Origin: Lachnospiraceae bacterium
GTDB taxonomy: Bacteria; Bacillota; Clostridia; Lachnospirales; Lachnospiraceae
Direction of reading: 5' to 3'
Assembly: GCA_029067205.1 (NCBI GenBank)
Contig: JAIEEY010000076.1
Coordinates: forward strand, 25 to 64,024
DNA length: 64,000 nucleotides
Shown one piece after another: positions 26,870-36,670 of this stretch (the first letter of the stretch is position 1; each line of letters starts with the position of its first letter). Under the pieces are notes generated by a model, which did not search any database, was not told the DNA's origin, and worked only from the letters and a program-made list of their open reading frames with translations. Made by a program: the position numbers and the translations under genes.

Positions 26870-27010
26870 AACCACTGCCGTATTTTTAATTTTGTTGTCA
26901 ATTATGCATAAAAGTTTCATTGTATTTCAATTAGTTTCGCTAAATTTTTGCTGGCTAACAAATTAAATCTTGCTATTTATTGTGCAAAGTGTTATGATTA
27001 TGTTGTCCAT

Positions 27011-27024
27011 TGGAAACGTTACCG
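27011..27024 (+). promoter_or_regulatory. LacI-family operator-like site upstream of the second malQ
   Basis: TGGAAACGTTACCG with central CG; a lacI-family gene follows malQ. Confidence 0.55.
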
Positions 27025-27109
27025 ATATTGAAATGAATCCGACAATTCCTGGTTCGGTAATGATTCTGTGGACGATTATATTATTTCATGTGGGGAAAGG
27101 GAGATGAGT

Positions 27110-28615
27110 ATGAGAAGATGTGGTGTATTGATGCCGGTATCTGGCCTGCCGTCAAGATTTGGAATCGGTGGATTTTCGAAGGAAGCCTATGATTTTGTAG
27201 ATTTTTTGGCAGCGTCAGGACAGGCGTTGTGGCAGATTCTGCCGCTGGGTCCTACAGGATATGGGGATTCACCGTATCAGTCTTTTTCGACTTTTGCAGG
27301 CAGTCCGTATTATATCAGTCTGGACGCGCTGATCGAGGAAGGATTGCTCACTGAAGAAGAGTGTTCGTCTGTCGATTTTGGAAACGATACCAAGAAGGTA
27401 GGTTACGAGAAAATATATCATACAAGATTTCAACTTCTCCGCAAAGCATATGAGAGGGCAGATATCAGGAAGGATTCAGAATATAAGGCATTTGTCGAGG
27501 AAAACAAACAGTGGCTGAAAGACTATGCAATGTACATGGCGGTCAAGGATTCATTGGAGGGTGTGTCGTGGATCGAGTGGGATGAGGGTATCCGTCTCAG
27601 GAAGCCAAAGGCTATGGCAGAGTACGAGAAGGAGCTTGCTGACGATATCGCATTCTACAGCTATCAACAGTATCTGTTCTCAAAACAGTGGATGACGCTC
27701 AAGGAATATGCCAACAAAAAGGGAATCAGTATTGTGGGTGACATTCCGATTTATGTGGCTTTTGACAGTGCAGATACATGGGCAAACCCTGAACTTTTCC
27801 AGCTCGACAAGGAGAATGTTCCCATCGCGGTCGCAGGGTGTCCTCCCGATGCATTCTCTGCCACTGGTCAGCTCTGGGGTAATCCTTTATATCAGTGGGA
27901 TTACCATGAGGAGACTGGTTTTGCATGGTGGCTCAGGAGACTTTCGCACTGTTTTCGCATTTACGACATTGTGCGCATCGACCATTTCAGGGGATTTGAC
28001 GAGTACTGGGCAGTTCCGTACGGAGATGAGACTGCGGAGAACGGCGCATGGAAGAAAGGACCAGGATATAAGCTTTTTGAGGTCATGAAGAAGACGCTTG
28101 GAAACCGCGCAGTGATCGCGGAGGATCTGGGGTTCCTGACGCCGAGTGTGTTAAAACTCGTGAAGAAGACAGGGTATCCTGGAATGAAGGTTTTGCAGTT
28201 TGCATTTGATTCGAGTGGGGAGAGCGATTATCTTCCTCATAACTATACAAATAATTGTGTTGTATACACGGGAACACATGACAATGATACAGTAAATGGA
28301 TGGATTCCTTCCATGAGTAGAAAGGATCTGGCTTTTGCCAAAAAGTATCTGAATGTCAGGAGGACTTCGGATCTCTGTGAAACCCTGATCCGGACTGCGC
28401 TCGGAAGCGTGGCGGACACAGCGGTTATTCCCATGCAGGATTATCTGGGACTTGGCGGCGAGGCGAGGGTTAACACGCCGTCGACGTTAGGAGGAAACTG
28501 GGAGTGGCGCATGGAGCATGACGCGTGCACGGAAAAACTTTCCCTGCATATGCTGGAGCTGGCACAGATCTATGGAAGGACCGCCCATACGGATGCTGAA
28601 AAGAAGAAAAAATAA
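27110..28615 (+). CDS. malQ: 4-alpha-glucanotransferase (GH77), second paralog
   Basis: Same GH77 motifs (RIDHFRG, IAEDLG, YTGTHDN). Confidence 0.96.
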   Translation: MRRCGVLMPVSGLPSRFGIGGFSKEAYDFVDFLAASGQALWQILPLGPTGYGDSPYQSFSTFAGSPYYISLDALIEEGLLTEEECSSVDFGNDTKKVGYEKIYHTRFQLLRKAYERADIRKDSEYKAFVEENKQWLKDYAMYMAVKDSLEGVSWIEWDEGIRLRKPKAMAEYEKELADDIAFYSYQQYLFSKQWMTLKEYANKKGISIVGDIPIYVAFDSADTWANPELFQLDKENVPIAVAGCPPDAFSATGQLWGNPLYQWDYHEETGFAWWLRRLSHCFRIYDIVRIDHFRGFDEYWAVPYGDETAENGAWKKGPGYKLFEVMKKTLGNRAVIAEDLGFLTPSVLKLVKKTGYPGMKVLQFAFDSSGESDYLPHNYTNNCVVYTGTHDNDTVNGWIPSMSRKDLAFAKKYLNVRRTSDLCETLIRTALGSVADTAVIPMQDYLGLGGEARVNTPSTLGGNWEWRMEHDACTEKLSLHMLELAQIYGRTAHTDAEKKKK

Positions 28616-28642
28616 GTAGAAAAAGTAAATTGAGGTGACAGG

Positions 28643-29680
28643 GTGTTTGAGCCGACAATCAAAGACATAGCAAAAATATGCGGTGTAGGTGTCAGCACTG
28701 TATCGAGGGCGATCAACGATCACCCGGATATCAATTCGGAGACAAAAGAGAAGATTATGAACGCTATCCGGGAATATGGATATGTTCCAAACGATAGTGC
28801 TAGAAATTTAAAAAGGGTGGATGCAAAGGCAATTGCAGTGCTGGTAAAAGGTATTGCAAACCCGTTTTTTACCAGTATGATTACAGTGATCGAACAGGAG
28901 TGCAAGAAAAGGCATTATGCAATGGAGTTATCGCATATAGAGGCAGATGAGAACGAGGTGGACGTGGCGCAGAAAGTTGTCAAGGAAAAGCGTCTGCGGG
29001 GGATTATATTTCTGGGAGGACTGTTTTCCCACTCGGAGGAGAAATTAAAAAAGCTCAGTGTGCCGTTTGTGTTTAGTACAGTAGGTTCTATCCCTGAGAA
29101 TATCAGCAAGAAGCTGTACTCGAGCATCAGTGTGGACGACCGCAGGGAAAGTGCGAGAATGGTGAATTACCTGATCGGGCTGGGGCATACGAAAATAGCA
29201 ATTCTTGTGGCGGAAGCGCAGGAGGAGAGTGTCGGCAAACTGCGTCTGGAGGGTTACTGCGATGCATTGAAAGTACATGGGATTAAAGTGAATCCCAAAC
29301 TAATCTGTCAAACCAAAGACGAGCTGAGCCATTTTTCCATGGAGAATGGATACCTGACTACAAAAAACTTATTGGAGTGCAGGGAGAAGTTCACGGCGCT
29401 GTATGCGGTGTCGGATGTGCTTGCCATCGGAGCCCGGAGAGCGCTATATGAAGCAGGTCTGCGCGTGCCGGAAGATATCTCTCTGGCGGGATATGATGGT
29501 CTTGATATGGCAGACTATACAGTGCCAAGTCTGACGACGATGCGTCAGCCGGTGGAGGAGATGGCAAAAGACACGACGAGACTGCTCTTTGACGTTATAG
29601 CAAAAAGGACAAAGCATCAGCACATTACATATGAGGCGGAACTCCTGATCAGGGAGTCAACTGCACAAATCCCTGAATAG
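28643..29680 (+). CDS. LacI-family transcriptional regulator
   Basis: TIKDIAKICGVGVSTVSRAIN HTH; VPEDISLAGYD; LTTMRQP. Confidence 0.95.
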   Translation: MFEPTIKDIAKICGVGVSTVSRAINDHPDINSETKEKIMNAIREYGYVPNDSARNLKRVDAKAIAVLVKGIANPFFTSMITVIEQECKKRHYAMELSHIEADENEVDVAQKVVKEKRLRGIIFLGGLFSHSEEKLKKLSVPFVFSTVGSIPENISKKLYSSISVDDRRESARMVNYLIGLGHTKIAILVAEAQEESVGKLRLEGYCDALKVHGIKVNPKLICQTKDELSHFSMENGYLTTKNLLECREKFTALYAVSDVLAIGARRALYEAGLRVPEDISLAGYDGLDMADYTVPSLTTMRQPVEEMAKDTTRLLFDVIAKRTKHQHITYEAELLIRESTAQIPE

Positions 29681-29786
29681 AATGTCGGGGATTTTTTATT
29701 TTATCATTTTTATAGTTTTTTTGTGGTGGAAAATAGTATATAATAGAGGAGGTTAAAAAAGGACAAGATGGAAACGGGGGAAACAT

Positions 29787-31880
29787 ATGGATCAAGAAGT
29801 GTATCATAAAAGAATGCGGCAGGTTTTTGATGAGCATACACTATCCAGCATTGCGCCTATACTGGAAGGAATGCCGGGAGGTCTTTTTATCTACCATGCA
29901 GATGGTGACGAGGAGCTGTTGTACATCAACAGTGCTGTATTGCGGATTTTCGGCTGTGATACGGAGGAGGAATTTCGCAGTCTTACAGGCTATACATTCA
30001 AGGGAATGGTACACCCGGAGGATCTTGATGAGGTAGAGAAGAGTATTCAGAGCCAGATAGCAGACAGTATCTATGATTTTGACTATGTAGAGTACCGCAT
30101 TATCCAGAAGGATGGTACAGTACGGTGGATAGAGGACTATGGACACTTTATACACACAGATGCATATGGTGATATTTTTTATGTTTTTATAGATGACAGC
30201 ACAGAGCGGTTGAAAAACCGTATGAGTGAGCTGGAAAAAATGAATGAGGAGCTGCGCACGATTTATGCGAGGGAAAGCCAGTACCGTAAGGCTATTTTGT
30301 ATGATGCAATTTCCTTTTTTGAGGTGAATCTGACAAAAGATCAGTTTTTGTCTGCGTACATACAGATGCAGGATGGGCAGCTGAAGGATTTCTTTGAATA
30401 TTCAGGGATTCCCCGGTTTGAAAAATATACGGATTATGTCAGGTTTTGGATGAAAGACATGGACTCTGCGGCGTCGGAGGAGTATGTGAAGTTTATCGAT
30501 GCGGATCGCCTGATCCGGTGTTACGACAAGGGGGAGCTGGAACAGACCTATGATGGCTGGATGACAGACGTAATGGGCAGAAGACACTTGTATCACTATG
30601 CTTTTCTGCTTGGCAGGAATGAGTATACCGGCGATGTGATCACAATGGCGATCACAAAGGATATGACGGAGCAGGTTCAAAGGCAGAATCTGCTGAAATC
30701 AGCGCTGAGTCAGGCACAGACCGCGAATATAGCGAGAAATACATTCCTTCAGAATATGTCGCATGATATACGGACGCCGCTCAACGCGATCATCGGGTAT
30801 GCAGAGCTTGCGAGGAAGCACAAGACGGAAACGGACAGGGTTGATAACTATCTGGACCAGATCCGCCTTGCAAGTGAGCAGCTGCTGGCGATTGTAAACG
30901 AATCGCTGGAAGTCACACGTATGGAATCCGGCAAGGTACATCTGGTGGAAAATATTGTCATGCTGGGGGATTTACTTGCGGAGCTTGAGCGGTCGATGCG
31001 GTCACAGGTGGAGGTCAAAACACTTTGTCTTACGATTGACAGGTCGCAAGTCCGGCACGGAGTGGTCTATATGGACTTTCTTAGGATGAAGGAACTGTTG
31101 TTCCAGCTGCTGGACAATGCTGTGAAGTATACAGAACCACATGGCAGGGTGACGCTGACAGTGATCGAGGAGGACGTACAGCTCGAACATTATGGAAAAT
31201 TCCGGTTTGTCGTGGAGGATAACGGCAGGGGAATTTCACAGAAATTCAGGAGAGACTTATTTCTGCCGTTTAAGAGGGAGCGGAACACAACGAAAAGCGG
31301 TGTTCTGGGAACCGGTTTGGGACTGAGTGTCGTAAAAAGTCTTGTGGACCTGATGGAAGGCAATATTGTGGTTGAGAGCGAGGAGGGAAAGGGCAGTAAG
31401 TTCACCGTGGATTTTCTGCTGAAGCTGCCAGACGAACCGCCCAGACAAGACCAGCCGCAGCCGCTTCAGGAGGAAATAGACTTAAAAGGAAAACGGATAC
31501 TGCTGGTTGAGGACAATGAGATCAACCGCGAGATTGCGCAGGAATTGCTTGCTGACGAGGGATATATCGTTGAGACGGCAAATGACGGCAGCATCGCTTT
31601 GGAGATGGTCAAGAATTCAAAACCACATTATTTTGACCTGATCCTGATGGATATCCAGATGCCTGTCATGGATGGCCACAAGGCAACAAAGGCGATTCGC
31701 GCGCTGGAAGACAGGGAGCTGGCAGAGATACCGATCATAGCGCTGTCTGCAAATGCATTTGCGGAGGATTGCAAACGATCGATCGAGGCTGGCATGGATG
31801 CGCATGTTCCAAAGCCGATCAAGATTGAAGAATTGCAGGATACAATAAGGAATGTGCTAGCGCGTTTTCGTCGGGAATAG
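29787..31880 (+). CDS. Cytoplasmic PAS-containing hybrid histidine kinase/response regulator
   Basis: VHPED PAS, MSHDIRTPLN H-box, GTGLGL, receiver LVEDN..LMDIQMP..KP. Confidence 0.93.
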   Translation: MDQEVYHKRMRQVFDEHTLSSIAPILEGMPGGLFIYHADGDEELLYINSAVLRIFGCDTEEEFRSLTGYTFKGMVHPEDLDEVEKSIQSQIADSIYDFDYVEYRIIQKDGTVRWIEDYGHFIHTDAYGDIFYVFIDDSTERLKNRMSELEKMNEELRTIYARESQYRKAILYDAISFFEVNLTKDQFLSAYIQMQDGQLKDFFEYSGIPRFEKYTDYVRFWMKDMDSAASEEYVKFIDADRLIRCYDKGELEQTYDGWMTDVMGRRHLYHYAFLLGRNEYTGDVITMAITKDMTEQVQRQNLLKSALSQAQTANIARNTFLQNMSHDIRTPLNAIIGYAELARKHKTETDRVDNYLDQIRLASEQLLAIVNESLEVTRMESGKVHLVENIVMLGDLLAELERSMRSQVEVKTLCLTIDRSQVRHGVVYMDFLRMKELLFQLLDNAVKYTEPHGRVTLTVIEEDVQLEHYGKFRFVVEDNGRGISQKFRRDLFLPFKRERNTTKSGVLGTGLGLSVVKSLVDLMEGNIVVESEEGKGSKFTVDFLLKLPDEPPRQDQPQPLQEEIDLKGKRILLVEDNEINREIAQELLADEGYIVETANDGSIALEMVKNSKPHYFDLILMDIQMPVMDGHKATKAIRALEDRELAEIPIIALSANAFAEDCKRSIEAGMDAHVPKPIKIEELQDTIRNVLARFRRE

Positions 31881-31890
31881 GAGTAAGCTT

Positions 31891-32964
31891 ATGGATTTGA
31901 GTGTAATCATACCTGCGTGTGGCATACAGCGATACATTGCGGCGTGCCTTAGAAGCGTCACCAGATGTCCCAGGCAAAACATTGATATGGAGTGTATTGT
32001 GATAAGTGATGACGGTGCGAACGAGACCGCTGCTATTGTAAACCGATATATGGAGCGGGATATTCGCATCAAACTGGTAATTATGGAAGATTGGGAGACA
32101 TCAGACGCGCACAATATAGGAATCGAGAAGGCGTCAGGGAGATACATACTGTTTCTGGACGCAGCTGACAGGCTGTGCGAGGATGCATGGGAACAGATTG
32201 AGGCTGCAGTCGAGGAAGAGTATGCCGATTTTGTAGCATTTAGTCACATTACATCGTGCAATAATGGAAAGCTGAAAGCACAAATGCTTCCGATATCGGA
32301 CGTGATATCGACAGATGAAAAAGAAGCGAGAAGGCTGATGTATGCGGACTCCGTGTTGGCTGCCTGTGCGGGGAAGCTGTTCAAGAGCAGGATTATCAGG
32401 GACAACAATATTTTTTTCCAGACAGATCTTATATATGAGCCAGAGTTTTGTAAGGGCGAGCCGCTCTGGAGGAAATCCAGAACTGTAGCGGATTTTGCGT
32501 TTGTGGCAGAGTATTTTGAACACAGTGAGAGTTATCTGCTGACGAAGGCGATGATTTTGTATTGCCCGCCCAAGAGCGGAAATGCCCTGAAAAATTACAG
32601 CATAAAGGATCGTGTGGATCTTATTCGGATTTTATATGATTTTCATGTAAGTGCAGGGAAGCGATACAATGACAGCGAACTGATGGAATGTATGAAGATG
32701 TATTTTCTGACGATGCTGACAGACCTGTTTGGCGAGTATGTGAAAGAACGCTGGTACAGAAGAGACGTGGTGGATACTCTTTATGAAAGAGTTCTTGGAA
32801 ACGAGTTCCTGAAGAACTTTCTCAATGAGGTGGACGAGCAGAGGATCCGCTCTAAAATAAAGCGGTATGAGTATCGTCTGCTCCGACAGGGAAATGCGGC
32901 AAAGATACGAAGATATTTCGCGATAAGGACAGGAAATGTGGCAAAGATACGGAGATATTTCTGA
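31891..32964 (+). CDS. GT2 family glycosyltransferase (degenerate motifs)
   Basis: SVIIP, GIEKASGRYILFLDAAD. Confidence 0.8.
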   Translation: MDLSVIIPACGIQRYIAACLRSVTRCPRQNIDMECIVISDDGANETAAIVNRYMERDIRIKLVIMEDWETSDAHNIGIEKASGRYILFLDAADRLCEDAWEQIEAAVEEEYADFVAFSHITSCNNGKLKAQMLPISDVISTDEKEARRLMYADSVLAACAGKLFKSRIIRDNNIFFQTDLIYEPEFCKGEPLWRKSRTVADFAFVAEYFEHSESYLLTKAMILYCPPKSGNALKNYSIKDRVDLIRILYDFHVSAGKRYNDSELMECMKMYFLTMLTDLFGEYVKERWYRRDVVDTLYERVLGNEFLKNFLNEVDEQRIRSKIKRYEYRLLRQGNAAKIRRYFAIRTGNVAKIRRYF

Positions 32965-32976
32965 ACAGTTCCTAAG
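32885..32976. repeat. ~35-bp imperfect tandem duplication at the GT2 3' end followed by a solo MITE end
   Basis: gacagggaaatgcggcaaagatacgaagatatttc / gacaggaaatgtggcaaagatacggagatatttc, then aacagttcctaag. Confidence 0.75.
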
Positions 32977-33016
32977 GACGCGTAGGTTAGATCAGTTATA
33001 GAATAATGGATAAGGG

Positions 33017-34087
33017 ATGATTATGATTGCAAGACAAAAGGTAGTACAGGCAGTGAAGTTGAGTGTCGTTGTACTTGGGACAATTTTGCTGATAAATGGC
33101 TGTGGAAAAAAGGCAGAGAACACAAACCTCCTTGCGGGTATGGAGCTGGTGGAGGAATATGATTTTCAGGGCGCGGTTGAGAGATTTGAAGCGGCGCTTT
33201 TAAATAATGAGGATGCGGAGCTCTCCTACAGAGGGCAGGGGATTGCCTATATGGGGCTTGGAAACTATGCGGAGGCAGAGACAGCGTTTCTCAAATCAAT
33301 CGAGAATGCGCAGGGAAAGCCTACTGCGCTGGTGTATGATACCAATTATTATCTGGCGTCTGCTTACATGAAACAGGGCAAGTACGCTGATGCGGAGAAG
33401 ATCTACTCAGCCATTATAGGACTTAAGAAAAAGGAAAAGGATGCCTATTACCTGCGGGCGTGTGCAATCCTGCGGCAGAACCGGTATGATGAGGCAGTTG
33501 AGGATTTTGAGAAAGCGTTTGCCCTGGATTCCAATGATCTTGAGCTTGTGACGGATGCCTATGTGGAGATGCAGGCGGCTGGTTTTGGGGAGCAGGGAAA
33601 GGCGTATATACGGGATTTCATGACGAAGAAGGAGAAGAGTCTCGGGAATGGCGAGAAGGGGATCATCTCCTATTATCTGGAAGATTATGAAAGTGCCTGC
33701 AATTACCTGGATCCTTATGCAAAGGGAGATGACGCGAAACTTTCATTGATTTTAGGGCAGACATATGAAAAGCTCGGCGATATGAATTATGCCTCTGTCA
33801 TATATCAGAACTATCTCGATGCCAATGCGCCAGATGCAGCAATTTACAACAGTCTTGGAATCTGTCTGATGAATCAGCAGAGGTATGATGAGGCGTTGGA
33901 GGCGTTCGAAAGCGGGATTGCTGTAGGAGCGTCGGATTATCTGCAGGAATTAAAGTTTAACAGGATTGTTGCGAACGAGTACACCGGAAATTTTGCGCAG
34001 GCGAAGACGATGATGGAGGAGTATCTGCAGATTTATCCAGATGACGCCCAGGCAAAAAAAGAAAATGATTTTCTGAAAACAAGGTAA
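33017..34087 (+). CDS. TPR-repeat lipoprotein
   Basis: Lipobox INGC; multiple TPR-like A..Y..G.Y..A repeats. Confidence 0.85.
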   Translation: MIMIARQKVVQAVKLSVVVLGTILLINGCGKKAENTNLLAGMELVEEYDFQGAVERFEAALLNNEDAELSYRGQGIAYMGLGNYAEAETAFLKSIENAQGKPTALVYDTNYYLASAYMKQGKYADAEKIYSAIIGLKKKEKDAYYLRACAILRQNRYDEAVEDFEKAFALDSNDLELVTDAYVEMQAAGFGEQGKAYIRDFMTKKEKSLGNGEKGIISYYLEDYESACNYLDPYAKGDDAKLSLILGQTYEKLGDMNYASVIYQNYLDANAPDAAIYNSLGICLMNQQRYDEALEAFESGIAVGASDYLQELKFNRIVANEYTGNFAQAKTMMEEYLQIYPDDAQAKKENDFLKTR

Positions 34088-34132
34088 GATCGCAGTAGTG
34101 CAACTTTGCTTTATGACACAGTAGTCATAAAA

Positions 34133-34179
34133 ACACTAGATATTGTATTTGGTATAATGGGAACACATGATATTTAGTA
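34133..34179 (+). promoter_or_regulatory. Tandem NrdR boxes
   Basis: ACACTAGATATTGTA (34133) and ACATGATATTTAGTA (34165), 32 bp apart, upstream of TTGACT-17-TATCAT and nrdD. Confidence 0.75.
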
Positions 34180-34277
34180 GTGTTCGATTGACTTCGTTTT
34201 TTCTATCTGTTATCATCATTTCTATAGGGCGCAGCCCGTGCAACAGCAAAAATGAATCAAGTGAAGGAGTATGCGAA

Positions 34278-36656
34278 ATGTTTCAGGTTATTAAAAGAGA
34301 TGGCAGTGAGGCTGAATTTTGTCTGGACAAGATCGGCGGTGCGGTCATCAAGGCATTTAACGCGACGCAGATGCAGTTTAATCAGGATATCATCGACCTG
34401 CTTGCGCTGCGGGTGACGGCAGATATGCAGGGGAAAGTAAAGGATGGCAGAGCCCATGTGGAGGATATTCAGGACAGCGTGGAGAAGGTCTTGGAACAGG
34501 CGGGGTATACGGAGACGGCAAAGGCGTTTATCCTCTATAGAAAACAGCGCGAGAAGATGCGCAACATGAAATCCACAATTCTCGATTACAAAGAAGTCGT
34601 GGACAGTTATGTGAAAGTAGAGGACTGGCGTGTGAAGGAAAACTCTACCGTCACTTATTCTGTCGGCGGATTGATCCTGTCCAATTCCGGTGCGGTTACG
34701 GCGAACTACTGGCTCTCTGAAATATATGATGAGGAGATTGCAAGCGCACACAGGAACGCAGATATTCATATCCATGATCTGTCCATGCTCACAGGTTACT
34801 GTGCAGGCTGGTCCTTGAAACAGTTGATCAGGGAAGGGCTTGGCGGTATTACAGGAAAGATTACATCAGCGCCGGCAAAACATCTGTCTGTGCTCTGCAA
34901 CCAGATGGTAAACTTCCTTGGCATTATGCAGAACGAGTGGGCAGGGGCACAGGCGTTTTCTTCCTTCGACACTTATCTTGCCCCTTTTGTAAAAGCGGAT
35001 AACCTCTCTTATCAGGAAGTCAAGAAATGTATTGAGGCATTTATTTATGGAGTCAATACACCGAGCCGCTGGGGAACACAGGCGCCGTTCAGCAATATCA
35101 CGCTGGACTGGACGGTTCCGAATGACCTCGCAAATCTTCCGGCGATTGTGGGCGGAAGGGAGATGGAGTTTACCTATGGGGACTGCAAGGCTGAGATGGA
35201 CATGGTCAACAAGGCATTTATCGAGACGATGATCGAGGGAGATGCCAACGGCAGAGGATTCCAGTACCCAATTCCGACCTATTCCATAACGCGTGATTTT
35301 GATTGGTCAGACACAGAAAACAACCGTCTGTTATTTGAAATGACGGCAAAGTATGGAACGCCGTATTTCTCGAATTATATCAACTCTGACATGGAGCCTT
35401 CCGATGTACGCAGCATGTGCTGCAGGCTGCGTCTTGACCTGCGGGAGCTGCGTAAAAAAACGGGTGGTTTCTTTGGGTCGGGTGAGAGTACGGGAAGCGT
35501 GGGTGTTGTCACGATCAATATGCCGCGCATTGCGTACCTTGCATCGGATGAGGCAGATTTTTACAAGCGTCTCGACCGCCTGATGGACATCAGCGCACGC
35601 TCGCTGAAAATCAAGCGGAATGTGATCTCAAGGCTTTTGGAAGAGGGATTGTATCCATATACAAAGCGCTATCTTGGCAAATTTGACAATCATTTCTCAA
35701 CGATCGGATTGATCGGCATGAACGAGGCGGGACTTAATGCGAAATGGCTGCGCGCTGATCTTTCTCATAAAGAGGTACAGCAGTTTGCAAAGGATGTGCT
35801 GAACCATATGAGGGAACGCTTGTCTGACTATCAGGAGCAGTATGGCGATCTGTACAATCTCGAGGCGACTCCGGCGGAGAGCACTACCTACAGGCTTGCA
35901 AAGCATGACAGGGAGAAATGGAGCGATATCATTACAGCGGGACATGAGGGAGACCGTCCTTACTATACCAATTCGTCCCATCTGCCGGTTGACTATACGA
36001 CGGATATCTTCGATGCACTTGACATACAGGATGAGCTTCAGACTCTCTACACATCGGGAACGGTATTCCATGCCTTTCTGGGTGAGAAACTCCCTGACTG
36101 GAAAGCAGCGGCAGACCTGGTGCGGACGATCGCTGAGAACTACAGACTGCCGTATTATACCATGTCGCCGACCTATTCGATCTGCAGTGAGCATGGTTAT
36201 CTGACAGGGGAGCAGAAGGTGTGTCCGAAGTGTGGAAAGACCACGGAGATCTACAGTCGCATTACCGGTTATTACAGACCAGTACAGAACTGGAATGACG
36301 GGAAAATGCAGGAATATCAGAACCGAACAGAGTATAGAATGGGAAATAGCATTGGAAAGATCAGCAGGATCGGTGGAGTCAAACAGATGGAACAGACACC
36401 AGAATATGTGGGGAAAAGCAATACCTATCTGTTTACGACAAAGACATGTCCGAACTGCAGTCTGGCAAAGAAATACTTGCAGAATGTGGATTATACGATT
36501 GTCGATGCGGAGGAAAATATGGAGCTTGCAGTCAAATATGGGGTGCGGCAGGCGCCGACTCTTGTAATTGTAGCTGGACAATCAGAGCAAAAGTATGTTA
36601 ATGTATCTAATATAAGGAAATACGCTGAGCGATTGCAGCAAAACAAAGTGGTATAG
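34278..36656 (+). CDS. nrdD: Anaerobic (class III) ribonucleotide reductase with ATP cone and C-terminal glutaredoxin-like domain
   Basis: VIKRDG ATP cone, SMCCRL, EATPAE, CxxH/CxxC Zn site, RITGY glycyl site, TCPNC...VRQAPT. Confidence 0.95.
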   Translation: MFQVIKRDGSEAEFCLDKIGGAVIKAFNATQMQFNQDIIDLLALRVTADMQGKVKDGRAHVEDIQDSVEKVLEQAGYTETAKAFILYRKQREKMRNMKSTILDYKEVVDSYVKVEDWRVKENSTVTYSVGGLILSNSGAVTANYWLSEIYDEEIASAHRNADIHIHDLSMLTGYCAGWSLKQLIREGLGGITGKITSAPAKHLSVLCNQMVNFLGIMQNEWAGAQAFSSFDTYLAPFVKADNLSYQEVKKCIEAFIYGVNTPSRWGTQAPFSNITLDWTVPNDLANLPAIVGGREMEFTYGDCKAEMDMVNKAFIETMIEGDANGRGFQYPIPTYSITRDFDWSDTENNRLLFEMTAKYGTPYFSNYINSDMEPSDVRSMCCRLRLDLRELRKKTGGFFGSGESTGSVGVVTINMPRIAYLASDEADFYKRLDRLMDISARSLKIKRNVISRLLEEGLYPYTKRYLGKFDNHFSTIGLIGMNEAGLNAKWLRADLSHKEVQQFAKDVLNHMRERLSDYQEQYGDLYNLEATPAESTTYRLAKHDREKWSDIITAGHEGDRPYYTNSSHLPVDYTTDIFDALDIQDELQTLYTSGTVFHAFLGEKLPDWKAAADLVRTIAENYRLPYYTMSPTYSICSEHGYLTGEQKVCPKCGKTTEIYSRITGYYRPVQNWNDGKMQEYQNRTEYRMGNSIGKISRIGGVKQMEQTPEYVGKSNTYLFTTKTCPNCSLAKKYLQNVDYTIVDAEENMELAVKYGVRQAPTLVIVAGQSEQKYVNVSNIRKYAERLQQNKVV

Positions 36657-36670
36657 CATGGAGGTAATAC

